In this document: positions 22,827 through 33,238 of the stretch, in pieces
How the letters are laid out: the number at the start of each line of letters is the position of its first letter
Numbering within the stretch: position 1 is the first letter of the stretch
Origin: a virus
IMG/VR virus record: IMGVR_UViG_3300032242_001694
Length of the DNA: 64,000 nt
Strand: one strand, 5' to 3'
The notes under the pieces: generated by a model
Seen by the model: only the letters and a program-made list of their open reading frames with translations
What the model was told of the DNA's origin: nothing
The model's database searches: none
Program-made: the position numbers and the translations under genes

Positions 22827-24532
22827 GATGCAATCCTTGAAAAGTTCTTGTGTTTCTCGAAGCGAATAACATTGTTAAACTTATCCGCAATCTGGTCTGT
22901 CTTGTGACTTATAATAAACGTGTTGGTGTCTACTGTCAACTGGTTTAAGATCTTCATGAACTCCTCGGTACCGGTAGCATCGAGTGAGCTGTCGAATACC
23001 TCATCCATGATTAGAATGTTAGTGCTAATTGAGTTGCGAAGCTTAGCCACGGCTCGCCAAGTGAATAGAATAGCGAGATTAATTCGCATTTTCTCACCCT
23101 CACTAAAGGATGCATAGCTGAACTCGTCTCTGTGTCTTGACTTGATTGTCTCATTGAACTCCTCATCTAACTCAAACTGAACCAAGAACTCCATGGCCGA
23201 TAGGTACTTATTAATTAGCTTGTTGATGATTGGGATGTACTGCTTGATGATACGTGACTTGATACCACCATCTTTAAGCAGGGCGCCGGCTGCTGCGAGA
23301 ACAGTCCTGTCTTCTTCAATGTCCACGCCTTTGACAGTCAGCTGTTTAAGCTCTTCTTCAAACTCAATCAGATTGCTGTCGTCGCGATTGCTGTTAGCTT
23401 TCTTAATACTCTTGATCTCATCTTCAAGTTCTTTCTTGTAAGAGTTAAGAGACTCGATCTTTGTATTAGTCTTATGCTTCTCAAGCTTAGCAGACTGGAT
23501 CTCAGCGCGGATTGCGATGATCTCATCGATGCGCTTAGACAACTCTTCGTATTGGTCTGTAAGCTGACCCAGTCCGTCTTCGATCTCACCAATGGTTTGC
23601 TTTCTAGTATCGATCGCCTCGCACTGAAATTCTTTGTTGATCTCTTGCTTACACGTTGGGCAGTTGTCATGCTCGCTAAAGAACTTAACTTCTTTGCTGA
23701 GAATATCTTTCTTAGCCTTGATCTGGTGACGCAGTGACTCAAGCTTCTTCATCTTGCTAGACACTATGTCTTCGTCTGTAATTTTATTATCAAGCTCAGT
23801 GATGTTCATATCAAAGCTCTCGATGTCTAAGTCTAGAGACTCGATCTGAGTCAACACTTCTTGAAGACGCTCTTTCTTCTCTGTAATGATGACCTCATTG
23901 TTGTTCTGCATCTCGAGAAGATGTTGGCGGATCAGCTTGATCTTTTCTGTAATGACTTTCTTGTCCGAAGCGTTCTCAATAATAAGATCTCTGTTCTCAT
24001 TACTTTTGATCTTAAGTAAATTGTTCATCACGGTGAAGATCTGCAGGTCGAGTAGGTCTTCGATGATGTCGCGTCGCTGGCCAGTCGGAAGCTGCATGAA
24101 TGGAACAAACGAAGCCGAGCCTAGCACAACCACTTGACAGAAAGACTTGTGGCTGATCTTGAGGATCTGCTTCTCAAGGATCTCTTGATAGTCTTTCATC
24201 TCAGCAGATTGATTTACGAGTGTGCCGTTTATGTATACCTCAAAGATATTTGGCTTGATACCGCGTATGATCTTGTACTCGTTCCTGTTGATGCCAAGCT
24301 CTAGCTCAACAACGAGATCTCTCTTGGTCATGGTGTTAATCAGCTGGGACTTATTAACTTTACGAAAAGGCTTGCTGAACAGGCCAAAGGAGAGAGCGTC
24401 AAGGATAGTAGACTTACCCGCGCCGTTCTCTCCAACTATCAATGTAGTGTTGTGCTTGTCGAACTCTACCTCAGTGAATAAGTTTCCAGTGGATAGAAAG
24501 TTCTTCCATCGTATAGCTTTGAATACAATCAT
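22823..24532 (-). CDS. gp46: recombination endonuclease ATPase subunit gp46
   Basis: KNFLSTGN, GENGAGKS, CPTC hook, FSEGEK, DEVFD. Confidence 0.97.
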   Translation of the reverse strand: MIVFKAIRWKNFLSTGNLFTEVEFDKHNTTLIVGENGAGKSTILDALSFGLFSKPFRKVNKSQLINTMTKRDLVVELELGINRNEYKIIRGIKPNIFEVYINGTLVNQSAEMKDYQEILEKQILKISHKSFCQVVVLGSASFVPFMQLPTGQRRDIIEDLLDLQIFTVMNNLLKIKSNENRDLIIENASDKKVITEKIKLIRQHLLEMQNNNEVIITEKKERLQEVLTQIESLDLDIESFDMNITELDNKITDEDIVSSKMKKLESLRHQIKAKKDILSKEVKFFSEHDNCPTCKQEINKEFQCEAIDTRKQTIGEIEDGLGQLTDQYEELSKRIDEIIAIRAEIQSAKLEKHKTNTKIESLNSYKKELEDEIKSIKKANSNRDDSNLIEFEEELKQLTVKGVDIEEDRTVLAAAGALLKDGGIKSRIIKQYIPIINKLINKYLSAMEFLVQFELDEEFNETIKSRHRDEFSYASFSEGEKMRINLAILFTWRAVAKLRNSISTNILIMDEVFDSSLDATGTEEFMKILNQLTVDTNTFIISHKTDQIADKFNNVIRFEKHKNFSRIAS

Positions 24533-25593
24533 TGAACTGTAAGTGCCTCATTATATAAACTGACAATAGTGTTCTCAAGCTTCTTCTTATTGATGCTCAC
24601 GTCGATCTGGTCGATATACTTCTTAAAGATCTCAACTGTAGACTCAGCTTCGTTGACAATGTCTTCATCGCCTTCTAAGTTTAAGTTAAGGTGATCCTCA
24701 ACGACTTGCAAGTCAATAACGCCAACCTGCTCGATGCGCTCGATGAACTTGTCGAAGCGATACAGATCAGTCTTATTTGATACGATCACCTTGACAAACT
24801 TATCTTTTGCAGTTTTAAGATCGTACTGTTCTGGTTCTTTTCCAGGCGATACGTCGTCGTACCAGATCTTAGCAAACATGTCGTATGGATTAGCTACGAA
24901 CTCTAGCTCTTTTGTTTCCGTATCAAGGATGTGAAAGCCTCGAGGATCCCCGTGATCACTCCAAGTAAACTGACAGTGAGAACCCAGATAGTGAATATTG
25001 CCAATACTGGACTTATGATGATAGTGGCCGCTGCACACAATATCAAAACTCCCAAAGAGATCAGGATCATCTCCATGAGACTCAGTGCTGCCCCTATACA
25101 TGTGGAAGCCCGCCAGCTCAAGGTGTCCCAAAACAATCTGGGATTTTGTATCGTGTATTTCTTTGAGAGTGGCTGCTCTGTTTTGGTCGTTGATCCAAGG
25201 GACATATAGTATCGGTGTACTGTCTTCCTGAGTGACAGTAGTAGCCTCCGTATAGATGTTGACATTGTAGTACCGACCATCTATCAACTCCTTCAATGCG
25301 TTTACTTCATTCGTGTTCTTGTAATATACATCGTGATTGCCCGCGATGATGTCGAGAGTAATTTTATTGTTCTCAAGAGGATCGAGAAAGTCTTCACGCA
25401 AACGCTTCGCAGTAAGAAAATTAATATACTTGCGACGGTCAACAATATCACCAAGATGGATGACGTGATTGATACCATTAGAATGTAGTGTTGGAAAAAA
25501 GACATCATCTAGAAATTTCTTACTGTTGTCGTGGAAGCTGGCATTATCATTTCTCACTCCCCAGTGAGTATCAGTAATCAACGCAATTTTCAT
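24529..25593 (-). CDS. gp47: recombination endonuclease subunit gp47
   Basis: DTHWG, GD..D, GNHD, GHYH phosphoesterase motifs. Confidence 0.96.
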   Translation of the reverse strand: MKIALITDTHWGVRNDNASFHDNSKKFLDDVFFPTLHSNGINHVIHLGDIVDRRKYINFLTAKRLREDFLDPLENNKITLDIIAGNHDVYYKNTNEVNALKELIDGRYYNVNIYTEATTVTQEDSTPILYVPWINDQNRAATLKEIHDTKSQIVLGHLELAGFHMYRGSTESHGDDPDLFGSFDIVCSGHYHHKSSIGNIHYLGSHCQFTWSDHGDPRGFHILDTETKELEFVANPYDMFAKIWYDDVSPGKEPEQYDLKTAKDKFVKVIVSNKTDLYRFDKFIERIEQVGVIDLQVVEDHLNLNLEGDEDIVNEAESTVEIFKKYIDQIDVSINKKKLENTIVSLYNEALTVQ

Positions 25594-26120
25594 GCCACAC
25601 TTTCTTCCTTCATCTCCATACCATTATCTATCTTAACCTTTTTACTGTCTTTTGTCAACTGAATCTTTGCCTCGAAAGATCTAATAACGTCGTCGGAGTA
25701 CTCATTGGTGCTAATGGTCTCCATCTGCTGGTCGCTCATCAGGTAGTTATTCTGGTAGTTCTTATGCTTGATATAAGACTGCTTCTTCTCTGACTGGATT
25801 CTTCGGATAAAAGCGTTCCAAGCAATCTGGGTAAAGTATGCGAATGGGTTGGTAGACTTTGTTGGATCAAAGTTATGTACTGCGCTTACACAGTTCTCGA
25901 TGCCGTCGCCTACCATGTCTTCGCGATAAGAGTAGTTCATGAAGTTTGGCTTGGTGGAAAGCTTCTTACATATCTGGCTAAGACACTCACCTATGTATCG
26001 AGGAATCTGAGGAAGCTGCTTTCCATCTTCTTTAGCCAAGTTACAGGCGTCTTTGTACTTGACCATCTCTTCGTAGAATGTCTTGTTGTTGATGTAATTC
26101 TTCTTTGCACGCGGTGCCAT
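25590..26120 (-). CDS. gp55: late-transcription sigma factor gp55
   Basis: YINNK, NFDPTKSTNPFAYFTQI..NAFIRRI..EKKQ. Confidence 0.96.
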   Translation of the reverse strand: MAPRAKKNYINNKTFYEEMVKYKDACNLAKEDGKQLPQIPRYIGECLSQICKKLSTKPNFMNYSYREDMVGDGIENCVSAVHNFDPTKSTNPFAYFTQIAWNAFIRRIQSEKKQSYIKHKNYQNNYLMSDQQMETISTNEYSDDVIRSFEAKIQLTKDSKKVKIDNGMEMKEESVA

Positions 26121-26121
26121 G

Positions 26122-27606
26122 TTATACCTCTAATTTCACTGGGTAGATCTTATGCATGAATTGCTCTTCATTGTATATCTTTAGACGCTCTCTAAAATGA
26201 CGAATGGTGGTATTCTCATTCTTCTTCCAAGTCATCTCATCGGCAATATCAAACAGAGTTGCCATCTCTTTATTCTCAGAAGTTCTAAGCACTCGACCTA
26301 TGGACTGAAGATTACGGACCCTAGATTTCGAAGGACTAGAAAATATAACGTTATGCAGATTACGAATGTTAACTCCGGTACTAAAAGTTCCGGAACTAGC
26401 AATGATGATAGCATCTTGTTCTTTCTCAACGATCTTACGAATTTGCTCACGCTCATCTCCATCAATGTTGCCATATATGAAATATACAGACCGACCCTCA
26501 GGAGCGGCCTCACTAATCATCTTGTAAAGTATCTTGCCATGCTTCTCAACAAACTGAAAGAGTACTAGCGTATTTCCCCTGAGAGACAGAGTAAGATTTT
26601 GAATGAACTTGTTTCTAGCTTGACAGGTAACGATGAAGTCCAGCTCTTGCTGGTAGTCCATTCCCTTGATCATCATCCGCACGCTGTCTGGATACTGAAG
26701 CACGATAGCCTTAATCTTAAACGGCGATAGGTGCTTATCCTCGATGAGCTGTGCGGTGGTGGTAACTTTCTTGACCGGACCAAAGAGTCCTTCTAAAACC
26801 ATGCGGTTAGTCTTGGTACCGTCGAGTGTTCCGGTAGTGCCAAAGCGGTACCTGCACTTGCCTAGGTTCTGCATAATTGTCTGCAGCGACTTGGCAGTGA
26901 ATAAGTGTACCTCGTCTCCAATCACCAAGTCAAACTGGTCGAACCACTTCTTGTCTAGCTTGTAAATCGACTGCCATGTTGAGATGACAACTTGTCTCTC
27001 TGTCTGCTTGTCCACGCCTCCAACGATGAGATGAACTCTATTGTCACTATCAAACCCGTAGTCGGCAAAATCAGAGCTAAGCTGAGAGACCAAAGAAGTA
27101 GTTGGAACAATAATAAGGGCCCGACAACTATCCTTTTCGCTACTAATTTTAGCATGGTAGTACCTCATTAAAAGATAGATTATGAAGGACTTTCCAGAAC
27201 CAGTAGGCGATAGCAGTATTCCACGGCGGTATCTTACGGCATGGGCGAACGCGTCAAGTTGGTAGTCTCGCGGTTGATATTTTTCTGGAAGCTTGATATA
27301 TTTAGCAAATTCTCGAGCCTCAGCTATAGAGAAGTTCTCAGCCGCAAAGTCATCTAGGTACTCAAGCTGGTAGTTGCGATCGCGACAGAATTTCTCTAGG
27401 TAGATCTGAAGCCCGCTGTACAGCTGACAAGACATGTGATTAAACAGCCTAATCTTTCCATCCCACATCTTATTGCGGTAGGCAGGCATAAACTTAGCAC
27501 CAGGTACATCAAAGGTAAAGTGGTCGCGCAGCTCATAGGCTATTCCCGGATCACATATCACCTTGTTGTAGGTTTCACTGACTTTCTTTAGCTGTACAAC
27601 TTCCAT
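26122..27606 (-). CDS. uvsW: UvsW SF2 DNA helicase
   Basis: WDGKIRL, SPTGSGKS, DEVH, QSIGRVLR. Confidence 0.96.
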   Translation of the reverse strand: MEVVQLKKVSETYNKVICDPGIAYELRDHFTFDVPGAKFMPAYRNKMWDGKIRLFNHMSCQLYSGLQIYLEKFCRDRNYQLEYLDDFAAENFSIAEAREFAKYIKLPEKYQPRDYQLDAFAHAVRYRRGILLSPTGSGKSFIIYLLMRYYHAKISSEKDSCRALIIVPTTSLVSQLSSDFADYGFDSDNRVHLIVGGVDKQTERQVVISTWQSIYKLDKKWFDQFDLVIGDEVHLFTAKSLQTIMQNLGKCRYRFGTTGTLDGTKTNRMVLEGLFGPVKKVTTTAQLIEDKHLSPFKIKAIVLQYPDSVRMMIKGMDYQQELDFIVTCQARNKFIQNLTLSLRGNTLVLFQFVEKHGKILYKMISEAAPEGRSVYFIYGNIDGDEREQIRKIVEKEQDAIIIASSGTFSTGVNIRNLHNVIFSSPSKSRVRNLQSIGRVLRTSENKEMATLFDIADEMTWKKNENTTIRHFRERLKIYNEEQFMHKIYPVKLEV

Positions 27607-28040
27607 TACGCTCCTTGCTCGAACTTAATCCAGTCAATAGCACTCTTGATCTGGAAGTTCCTATTCATTACCATCTTGATTATAGACTCAAGCAAGTCAA
27701 TCTTCTCTAGTTGATAACCAATTCTCAAGTTGAGTGAAACTATCTCAGAATCAGCTTCCATGTACATTGGAAGATCGGCCTTAAGTATCAAGCCTTTAGG
27801 TGGAAGGACCCACCCTTTATCTTGAGTCTCTTTAGTGTGACCCTGTGTATAGAACTCATGCTTGTCAAGCTTAAGCTGCTTCATCTCAGCCTCAAGCTTT
27901 CTCATAAGAAGTCTCTCAGAGATCATGATCTTAAAGTATTTATGGTGTAGTTGGGGAATGCTTACGGCTTCTCGATCGAGATGTGTGCGATCCATCTTAC
28001 AGTCAGTCTGCCATTCCTCAAGAATCTTCTCAATATCCAT
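27606..28040 (-). CDS. uvsY: recombination mediator UvsY
   Basis: IPQLHHKY...RNFQIKSAIDWIKF; synteny. Confidence 0.92.
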   Translation of the reverse strand: MDIEKILEEWQTDCKMDRTHLDREAVSIPQLHHKYFKIMISERLLMRKLEAEMKQLKLDKHEFYTQGHTKETQDKGWVLPPKGLILKADLPMYMEADSEIVSLNLRIGYQLEKIDLLESIIKMVMNRNFQIKSAIDWIKFEQGA

Positions 28041-28077
28041 GATCAACTACCTCTTCAAAAAGTAAAGTATATTTTAC

Positions 28078-28106
28078 AATATACCATATTATAATATAAA
28101 TGTCAA
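28078..28106 (-). promoter_or_regulatory. sigma70-type promoter for uvsY operon
   Basis: TTGACA-17 nt-TATATT. Confidence 0.7.
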
Positions 28107-28129
28107 CTATACTTTACTTTTTCGTGGCT

Positions 28130-28654
28130 TTAACTGATTTTATTGATGTCAAATAAAATATACTTAAAGGTTGCCGTGCATGAGGCGTAGTTGACTGTCT
28201 GGTCAGTAGTCTGGAAGTTGATCCTGCCTAGGTTAATAGGAAACGCGTTTCTAAAGTCGACTTGAAACTGTGGCACCTTAATAGCATTTGAGATGATCAA
28301 TGTAATGTCTGATGTGATCTCATTGCCAGATCCTGGACGGTTTGCCTTGATACCTGCGTATTGCTCGAAGTTCTCAGGGAATCCGATAGACCTGATCCAG
28401 TTAGCAATCTCAAGATAGTTCTGCAACTCTTCGTCGACCTTGAAAGTCACCTCTAGATCTTGGAACGTGATTCTGTCTCCAGTCTGAGGGATGTTGCTGA
28501 ACGGAGTCTGCTGCAGGGGTGTTACGAATCCAAATCCTGGCAGGTTAACCGACTGCACAAAAAAGTTGACATAAGGAGCCCTCTTGATGTAGAAGTTAAA
28601 GTTAAGTGGATTTAAGAAGTTCTTGTTATATGGGGTATTGTCTAAGGCAGTCAT
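28130..28654 (-). CDS. gp3: tail completion / tube terminator gp3
   Basis: NFL.P..F, F.VDE.L.NY.EI..W, F..AFP..L; synteny after gp23. Confidence 0.85.
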   Translation of the reverse strand: MTALDNTPYNKNFLNPLNFNFYIKRAPYVNFFVQSVNLPGFGFVTPLQQTPFSNIPQTGDRITFQDLEVTFKVDEELQNYLEIANWIRSIGFPENFEQYAGIKANRPGSGNEITSDITLIISNAIKVPQFQVDFRNAFPINLGRINFQTTDQTVNYASCTATFKYILFDINKIS

Positions 28655-28744
28655 GTTTAACTCCAATATAGATTATCTATTTATTACTACTGGATATAAA
28701 TCTATTATACACTATTTAGAAGTTTTGTCAAGGAAAAAGTGCAT

Positions 28745-28771
28745 AAAAAAAGAGGGGGATTGCTCCCCCTC
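28745..28771 (-). terminator. intrinsic terminator after gp23
   Basis: GAGGGGGA-GCAA-TCCCCCTC followed by T7. Confidence 0.85.
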
Positions 28772-28803
28772 CAATTCCGTCTGGTTGACCCAGATCTTTT
28801 GGA

Positions 28804-30216
28804 TCACATAAGGTTGTTAACAATAACGCGACGATAGTACTTGTTGGTTGAAACAAGAAGTTCGCCCGAGCCTTTGTTAAGACCTTCAGCAAATGGGTTG
28901 GCAACCATACCGTAACGAGTCTTGAAGCCGATCTTTGGCTGGAAGCTCGAAGGATCAACTGCGCGAACCATCTGTAGAGGAACGTATGGGCAGTAGAAGA
29001 GACCAGCGTCGAATGCGCTTGAACCCTTGTAGCCAACAGTTAGGTAGTTACCGCCTACTGCGTATGGATCGATGTAGACCTTTAGGCGACCGTTGAGGAC
29101 ACCAGCGAAGGTGTTGCCTGTATCGTCAACCTGGAGGTTGTTGCTGTTAAGAGCAGGAGCGTAGTCAAGAACACCAGCCATCTGAAGAGCAGACGCAACG
29201 TCTGACGAACAGATAACGATGTTACCCTTACCGCGACGTGTCTGCTTCGCGATCTGGTTAGCTTCTCTTTCGAGCTGGAACATAAGACCTTTGAACTTTT
29301 CAACCGACCAACGACCGTTTGAGTCGGTGTCAAGATCGAAGACACCAGCTGTTGTGGTGTTGTCCTGAGCGCCTGCTACAGCGGTAATGTTGATGGTACG
29401 AACAACTTCACGGTTGATTTCAGCAAGGATTTCAGCCGATAGGATGTTTGCAAGTTCTGTCTCAGCGTCAAGACCGTGAATTGCCTTAAGATCCTGAGCA
29501 AGTTCCATGGTGTATTCTGCTTTTAGAGCACGTGACTGAGCGGTTACAGTAACCTTTTCAATCGAGAATGCCATCTGAGCGAAGTCGAAGGTGTTTGAAC
29601 CAAGAGCACCAAGAGCTTCTGCAGTTGAAGTCTGCATGCCAGCGCCGGTGTTGTAGGTGTTGGTTACAACGAGTGGGGTGGTGTTGGTTGCGCCTGGGAT
29701 TGTACCAGTGAACTTCTGACCGAACGCGTTAGCTGAGTACTGGTCAGTAACAGTCGAGAACGCAGTGTTAACTTCGTTGTAGAATGTTTCGTTAGCCTGA
29801 TTGCCAGCGAATGAACCTGCACCCGAGCCGTTGCCCTGGTTTGAGTACTTTGAACGCATCGCGAAGATCAAGCCGGTTGGACCGGTCATTGGCTGAACGC
29901 CGCAGATGTCATAAGCGATGAGGTTTGGCATCGCGCGGCGAACGAGCGAGATCAAAACTGGATCAAAGGTGTCGATACCACCAGCGCCCGCTGTTGACGA
30001 AGAACCGCCCATTGCGTTGACTGGAGTTGTTGACGAGTAAGCAGTTTCAGAAAGTGTCTGATAGCTGCCATGTGCAGATGCTTCAACAAGAGCGCGCTCT
30101 GTGTTTTCAAGCATAACTGCTGTGACCGAACGGCGAGTTGGGTCACTGATTGGAGAAAGATCGGCATGCTCAAGAATTGGCTGCCACTTTCTTTGGATGT
30201 CCTCGGCTAGATACAT
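28804..30216 (-). CDS. gp23: major capsid protein gp23
   Basis: GVQPMTGPTGLIFAMR, SRALKAEYT.ELAQDLKAIHGLDAE, FQPKIGFKTRYG. Confidence 0.99.
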   Translation of the reverse strand: MYLAEDIQRKWQPILEHADLSPISDPTRRSVTAVMLENTERALVEASAHGSYQTLSETAYSSTTPVNAMGGSSSTAGAGGIDTFDPVLISLVRRAMPNLIAYDICGVQPMTGPTGLIFAMRSKYSNQGNGSGAGSFAGNQANETFYNEVNTAFSTVTDQYSANAFGQKFTGTIPGATNTTPLVVTNTYNTGAGMQTSTAEALGALGSNTFDFAQMAFSIEKVTVTAQSRALKAEYTMELAQDLKAIHGLDAETELANILSAEILAEINREVVRTINITAVAGAQDNTTTAGVFDLDTDSNGRWSVEKFKGLMFQLEREANQIAKQTRRGKGNIVICSSDVASALQMAGVLDYAPALNSNNLQVDDTGNTFAGVLNGRLKVYIDPYAVGGNYLTVGYKGSSAFDAGLFYCPYVPLQMVRAVDPSSFQPKIGFKTRYGMVANPFAEGLNKGSGELLVSTNKYYRRVIVNNLM

Positions 30217-30251
30217 TTTAGTCTCCCTTTTTTTTATCTAGGATGTAGATT

Positions 30252-30259
30252 TATTTATA
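30252..30259 (-). promoter_or_regulatory. T4-type late promoter
   Basis: TATAAATA upstream of gp23. Confidence 0.8.
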
Positions 30260-30263
30260 ATAA

Positions 30264-31313
30264 TTATCTCTTAATTGATCTTGAGATAGCTTGTGAGTAC
30301 TTGCTAATCATTGGATCCATTGAAACTTGATGAGCCTCAGTCTCACCTTCAAAAGACTCTTCCATGATGTTTGTAGAAACAGTCTGTCTCTTTTCAACAC
30401 CAAAATAGCTTTCCTTAATGATATTTAGCTTGCGCGCATAAGTATCAAAGTCACCGTTAAAATCAATGCCTTCTGCAAGAGCTTTGAACTTCTCTTGCTG
30501 AGAATAAGCTAGGTCTTCTAGGAATGATTCTACGATAGCGTTTTTCTCAACTTCAGCATAGCCTTCTTTAAGCTGTGTGTTTTCTGAGATAAGATTGTCG
30601 ATGTGATTCTCAAGGCGCTCAACTTTATCGGCAAGTGACTCAACTACATCAACCTTATCTTCTGGAAGATCAATATAGTGTTCAGCGAATAAGTTCTTAA
30701 GGCCGCCCATGAACTCTTCAGCAATTTCGTTGCGAAGTGTTGACTCGATAGCAACTTCGTTTTCTTTCATCCAGTTCTCAACAACAAAGTCAAGATAGGA
30801 ATCAAGCTTTACTGACATCTCTTCGTGAACAGCTTCAATAGCTTCGTTGAGTGTTGTCTCGAACTCTTCTTCAAGACGAGTCATCTCCATCATAACGCGA
30901 GCGTTAAGAGCTGCTTCGAATAGAACAGAAGCTTTTTCTTTGAACTCTTCTGATAGGTCATCGCCTGAGAACATAGCTTCAACGTCTTCTTTTACAGAGA
31001 TCTTATGGATTGGATCATTTGCAGAAGGACCAGCTTTGCCAGCAGCATGAGATGGCTTCATTCTGATTGAGTTTTCATTGCTCTTCTCATTGGCGTGGCC
31101 TGGAAGATGCGAAGCTTCGTGACCGATAAGAGCCATAGCTTGATCGAACCACTTTGTAAGTTCATCGCTTTTCATGGTATGAGCAGCGCCAATCATCTGG
31201 TTGAGGATCTCAACTTTTGACTTTGGATCATCTTTTACTGGACGTGAAGCAGGCTTCAGGGAGTCCATTGCTAGGCTGCCTTCATCGAGCTCATTTTCGT
31301 TATAATTAGACAT
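30264..31313 (-). CDS. gp22: prohead core scaffold gp22
   Basis: LSEEFKEKA..LFEAA, YLD.VVE.WM.ENE.AIE. Confidence 0.93.
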   Translation of the reverse strand: MSNYNENELDEGSLAMDSLKPASRPVKDDPKSKVEILNQMIGAAHTMKSDELTKWFDQAMALIGHEASHLPGHANEKSNENSIRMKPSHAAGKAGPSANDPIHKISVKEDVEAMFSGDDLSEEFKEKASVLFEAALNARVMMEMTRLEEEFETTLNEAIEAVHEEMSVKLDSYLDFVVENWMKENEVAIESTLRNEIAEEFMGGLKNLFAEHYIDLPEDKVDVVESLADKVERLENHIDNLISENTQLKEGYAEVEKNAIVESFLEDLAYSQQEKFKALAEGIDFNGDFDTYARKLNIIKESYFGVEKRQTVSTNIMEESFEGETEAHQVSMDPMISKYSQAISRSIKR

Positions 31314-31353
31314 TTAAAGTCTCCCTTCTGGAATTTCAATTATTTATTAGAAT

Positions 31354-32022
31354 TTATCTTTTGAATGCTAGAGAATTTAGATAGTTGTCAAAGATAGCAA
31401 TTTTGTTCTCATCGAGCTGAGAAGAGCTCATCTTATGCATTGCCTTCTTCATGTTATCTAATCTCTCTTCATGCCATGTTTCTTTAACGGGATCGTAGAT
31501 CCACTCAACGTTCTCCATAACACCTTTAACAAAAGCGTCTGGGGCGGAAGGATCAGCAACGATGTCCGCGGCGGTTGCCAGATGAAAGTCGTTTTGAACT
31601 TCCATTAGACCATCTTTACGAGGCTTGAGACTACCCATGCCGCGAGAAGAAACACCTAGATTTGCACCAGACTTGAGGAGTCCTCTTGCAATATTACCCA
31701 TAGGAGTATCGGTTAGCTTTGCTTTACCAATAAAGTTATCGCCGTCTCTCTTAAGAGAAGTGATGATGTGAGACACGCGATCGAGGTTGATCGCTGGACC
31801 GTGTGGGTGACCAAGCTCGCCGTATGCGCGATTGCTGGCAACTACTTCTTTCATGTAGCGATCAACTTCTTTCTGCATGGTATCTGCAGGATAATAGCGA
31901 CCATTACGGTTACCTTTATTAGCCTGTAAGAAGATCCCATGAATGTAGTGTTCTTTCTCACCAGACTCTTTGGCCTCTGTGATGTACTCTACATCTTCAA
32001 ATAATTCGGTGATAAGCTTCAT
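31354..32022 (-). CDS. gp21: prohead protease gp21
   Basis: MKLITE, NRNGR.Y, GELGHP, GVSSRGMGS, DIVADPSAPDAFV. Confidence 0.98.
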   Translation of the reverse strand: MKLITELFEDVEYITEAKESGEKEHYIHGIFLQANKGNRNGRYYPADTMQKEVDRYMKEVVASNRAYGELGHPHGPAINLDRVSHIITSLKRDGDNFIGKAKLTDTPMGNIARGLLKSGANLGVSSRGMGSLKPRKDGLMEVQNDFHLATAADIVADPSAPDAFVKGVMENVEWIYDPVKETWHEERLDNMKKAMHKMSSSQLDENKIAIFDNYLNSLAFKR

Positions 32023-32031
32023 CTTAGTTCC

Positions 32032-32310
32032 TTAGTTTTTATATGCAACTGGAGTAGCAACCAGTGTACTGGCTGTATTATTTGAAGTTAGAATATCAGT
32101 TGCACTTTTTTCTACAATCAAACTTTCTCCACCTATAATAGACATAGTCCACTTGGTTGTTGTGTTTGTTGAGTCTTTACACGTAATCAATGCAAGGGTA
32201 GTTACTGCAGAAGCATGAGAAATCTTTACTAAAGCACTATTACCATAAGAGCTAAATGTGGTTGTATTACAAACTGATTCAGTGCCAATTGGTTTAATTA
32301 TAGTAGCCAT
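32032..32310 (-). CDS. small virion-associated protein
   Basis: 92-aa beta-rich ORF upstream of gp21. Confidence 0.7.
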   Translation of the reverse strand: MATIIKPIGTESVCNTTTFSSYGNSALVKISHASAVTTLALITCKDSTNTTTKWTMSIIGGESLIVEKSATDILTSNNTASTLVATPVAYKN

Positions 32311-32478
32311 CAGATTCTTCCTTGATCTACATTCATACCCGGAAATGTTATTGGGGTATCCATCTGTTCTAACTCTTCTTTTTTCTTGCCGCGTCTTTTC
32401 TTTCTAGACAGGTACTCTCCCTCTTCGTCTCCGCCAAGTAGAGGAACTGCTAGGTCTTCTTTATTTAGTTTTTTTTTT
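32310..32478 (-). other. -1 frame extension of the 32465..33238 protein beyond an A10 slippery run
   Basis: A AAA AAC TAA; 52 open codons in the -1 frame ending in TGATG overlap with next gene. Confidence 0.6.
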
Positions 32479-33238
32479 CACGCTGTTTTGAGTAGTAAGC
32501 TGCAAGCGCCATCTGCATGCGCTTCTTCTTTGACTTACCCTCAAACTGTGGATTATCAGAGTCTACAAAGTCCTTGATCCACTCGGCTGCTGGAGTCTTC
32601 TTTGTGAGGACTTCGTCGAGTTCAACTTCTTCTGGTATTCTGTTGAAAGTTGAAGCTAGCTTCTCATGTCTCTGCTTTAACTTTTCTTTTTTATCCGGAT
32701 CATTCTCAGTGTTAATAGCTTGACGACTTTTCTTCATCATTTCCATATCATCATCGTCGCCTTCAGCTTCAGCCATCTGTTTCATAGCTTTGCGCGCGGC
32801 ATTCTTAGCAACGTTCTTATCTTTTGCTTTCTGGTCTTCTTTTTTATCATAAGGACCTTCAAACGGCGGCTTATCTTCATCTTTTTCTGTAAGAGGCTTG
32901 GCTTTCTTACAGTCAGCCATGCCGTGCACTTCACACATGGTACCTTTGGCAGACTCATTGCACTTTGTATTTTCTTTCTCAACAGCTTCATAGACTTTTT
33001 CGTCTTCGCCTCTCTTACGACCGTGACGCTTCTCATCTTTGAAGTTCAAGTCATAGTGAACGTTGCCGGCATCAAACACGCCACTGTCGTTGCCGTTCGC
33101 GTCGCCGTGCTTCTGGATAAGATGCTTTGAAGCGAACTTCTTCTCATCGCCAGGCTTAAGCATATCGCTTACTCTGTTTGGCACGAGCTTTGAGTCGTTC
33201 TTTGCTTTCTTTAGAATGTCTTTAAGCTGTTTAGCCAT
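32465..33238 (-). CDS. charged prohead core / internal head protein
   Basis: Lys/Glu-rich, repeated x-x-E putative gp21 cleavage sites, KSKKKRMQMALAAYY motif; gp67/68 position. Confidence 0.7.
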   Translation of the reverse strand: MAKQLKDILKKAKNDSKLVPNRVSDMLKPGDEKKFASKHLIQKHGDANGNDSGVFDAGNVHYDLNFKDEKRHGRKRGEDEKVYEAVEKENTKCNESAKGTMCEVHGMADCKKAKPLTEKDEDKPPFEGPYDKKEDQKAKDKNVAKNAARKAMKQMAEAEGDDDDMEMMKKSRQAINTENDPDKKEKLKQRHEKLASTFNRIPEEVELDEVLTKKTPAAEWIKDFVDSDNPQFEGKSKKKRMQMALAAYYSKQREKKN

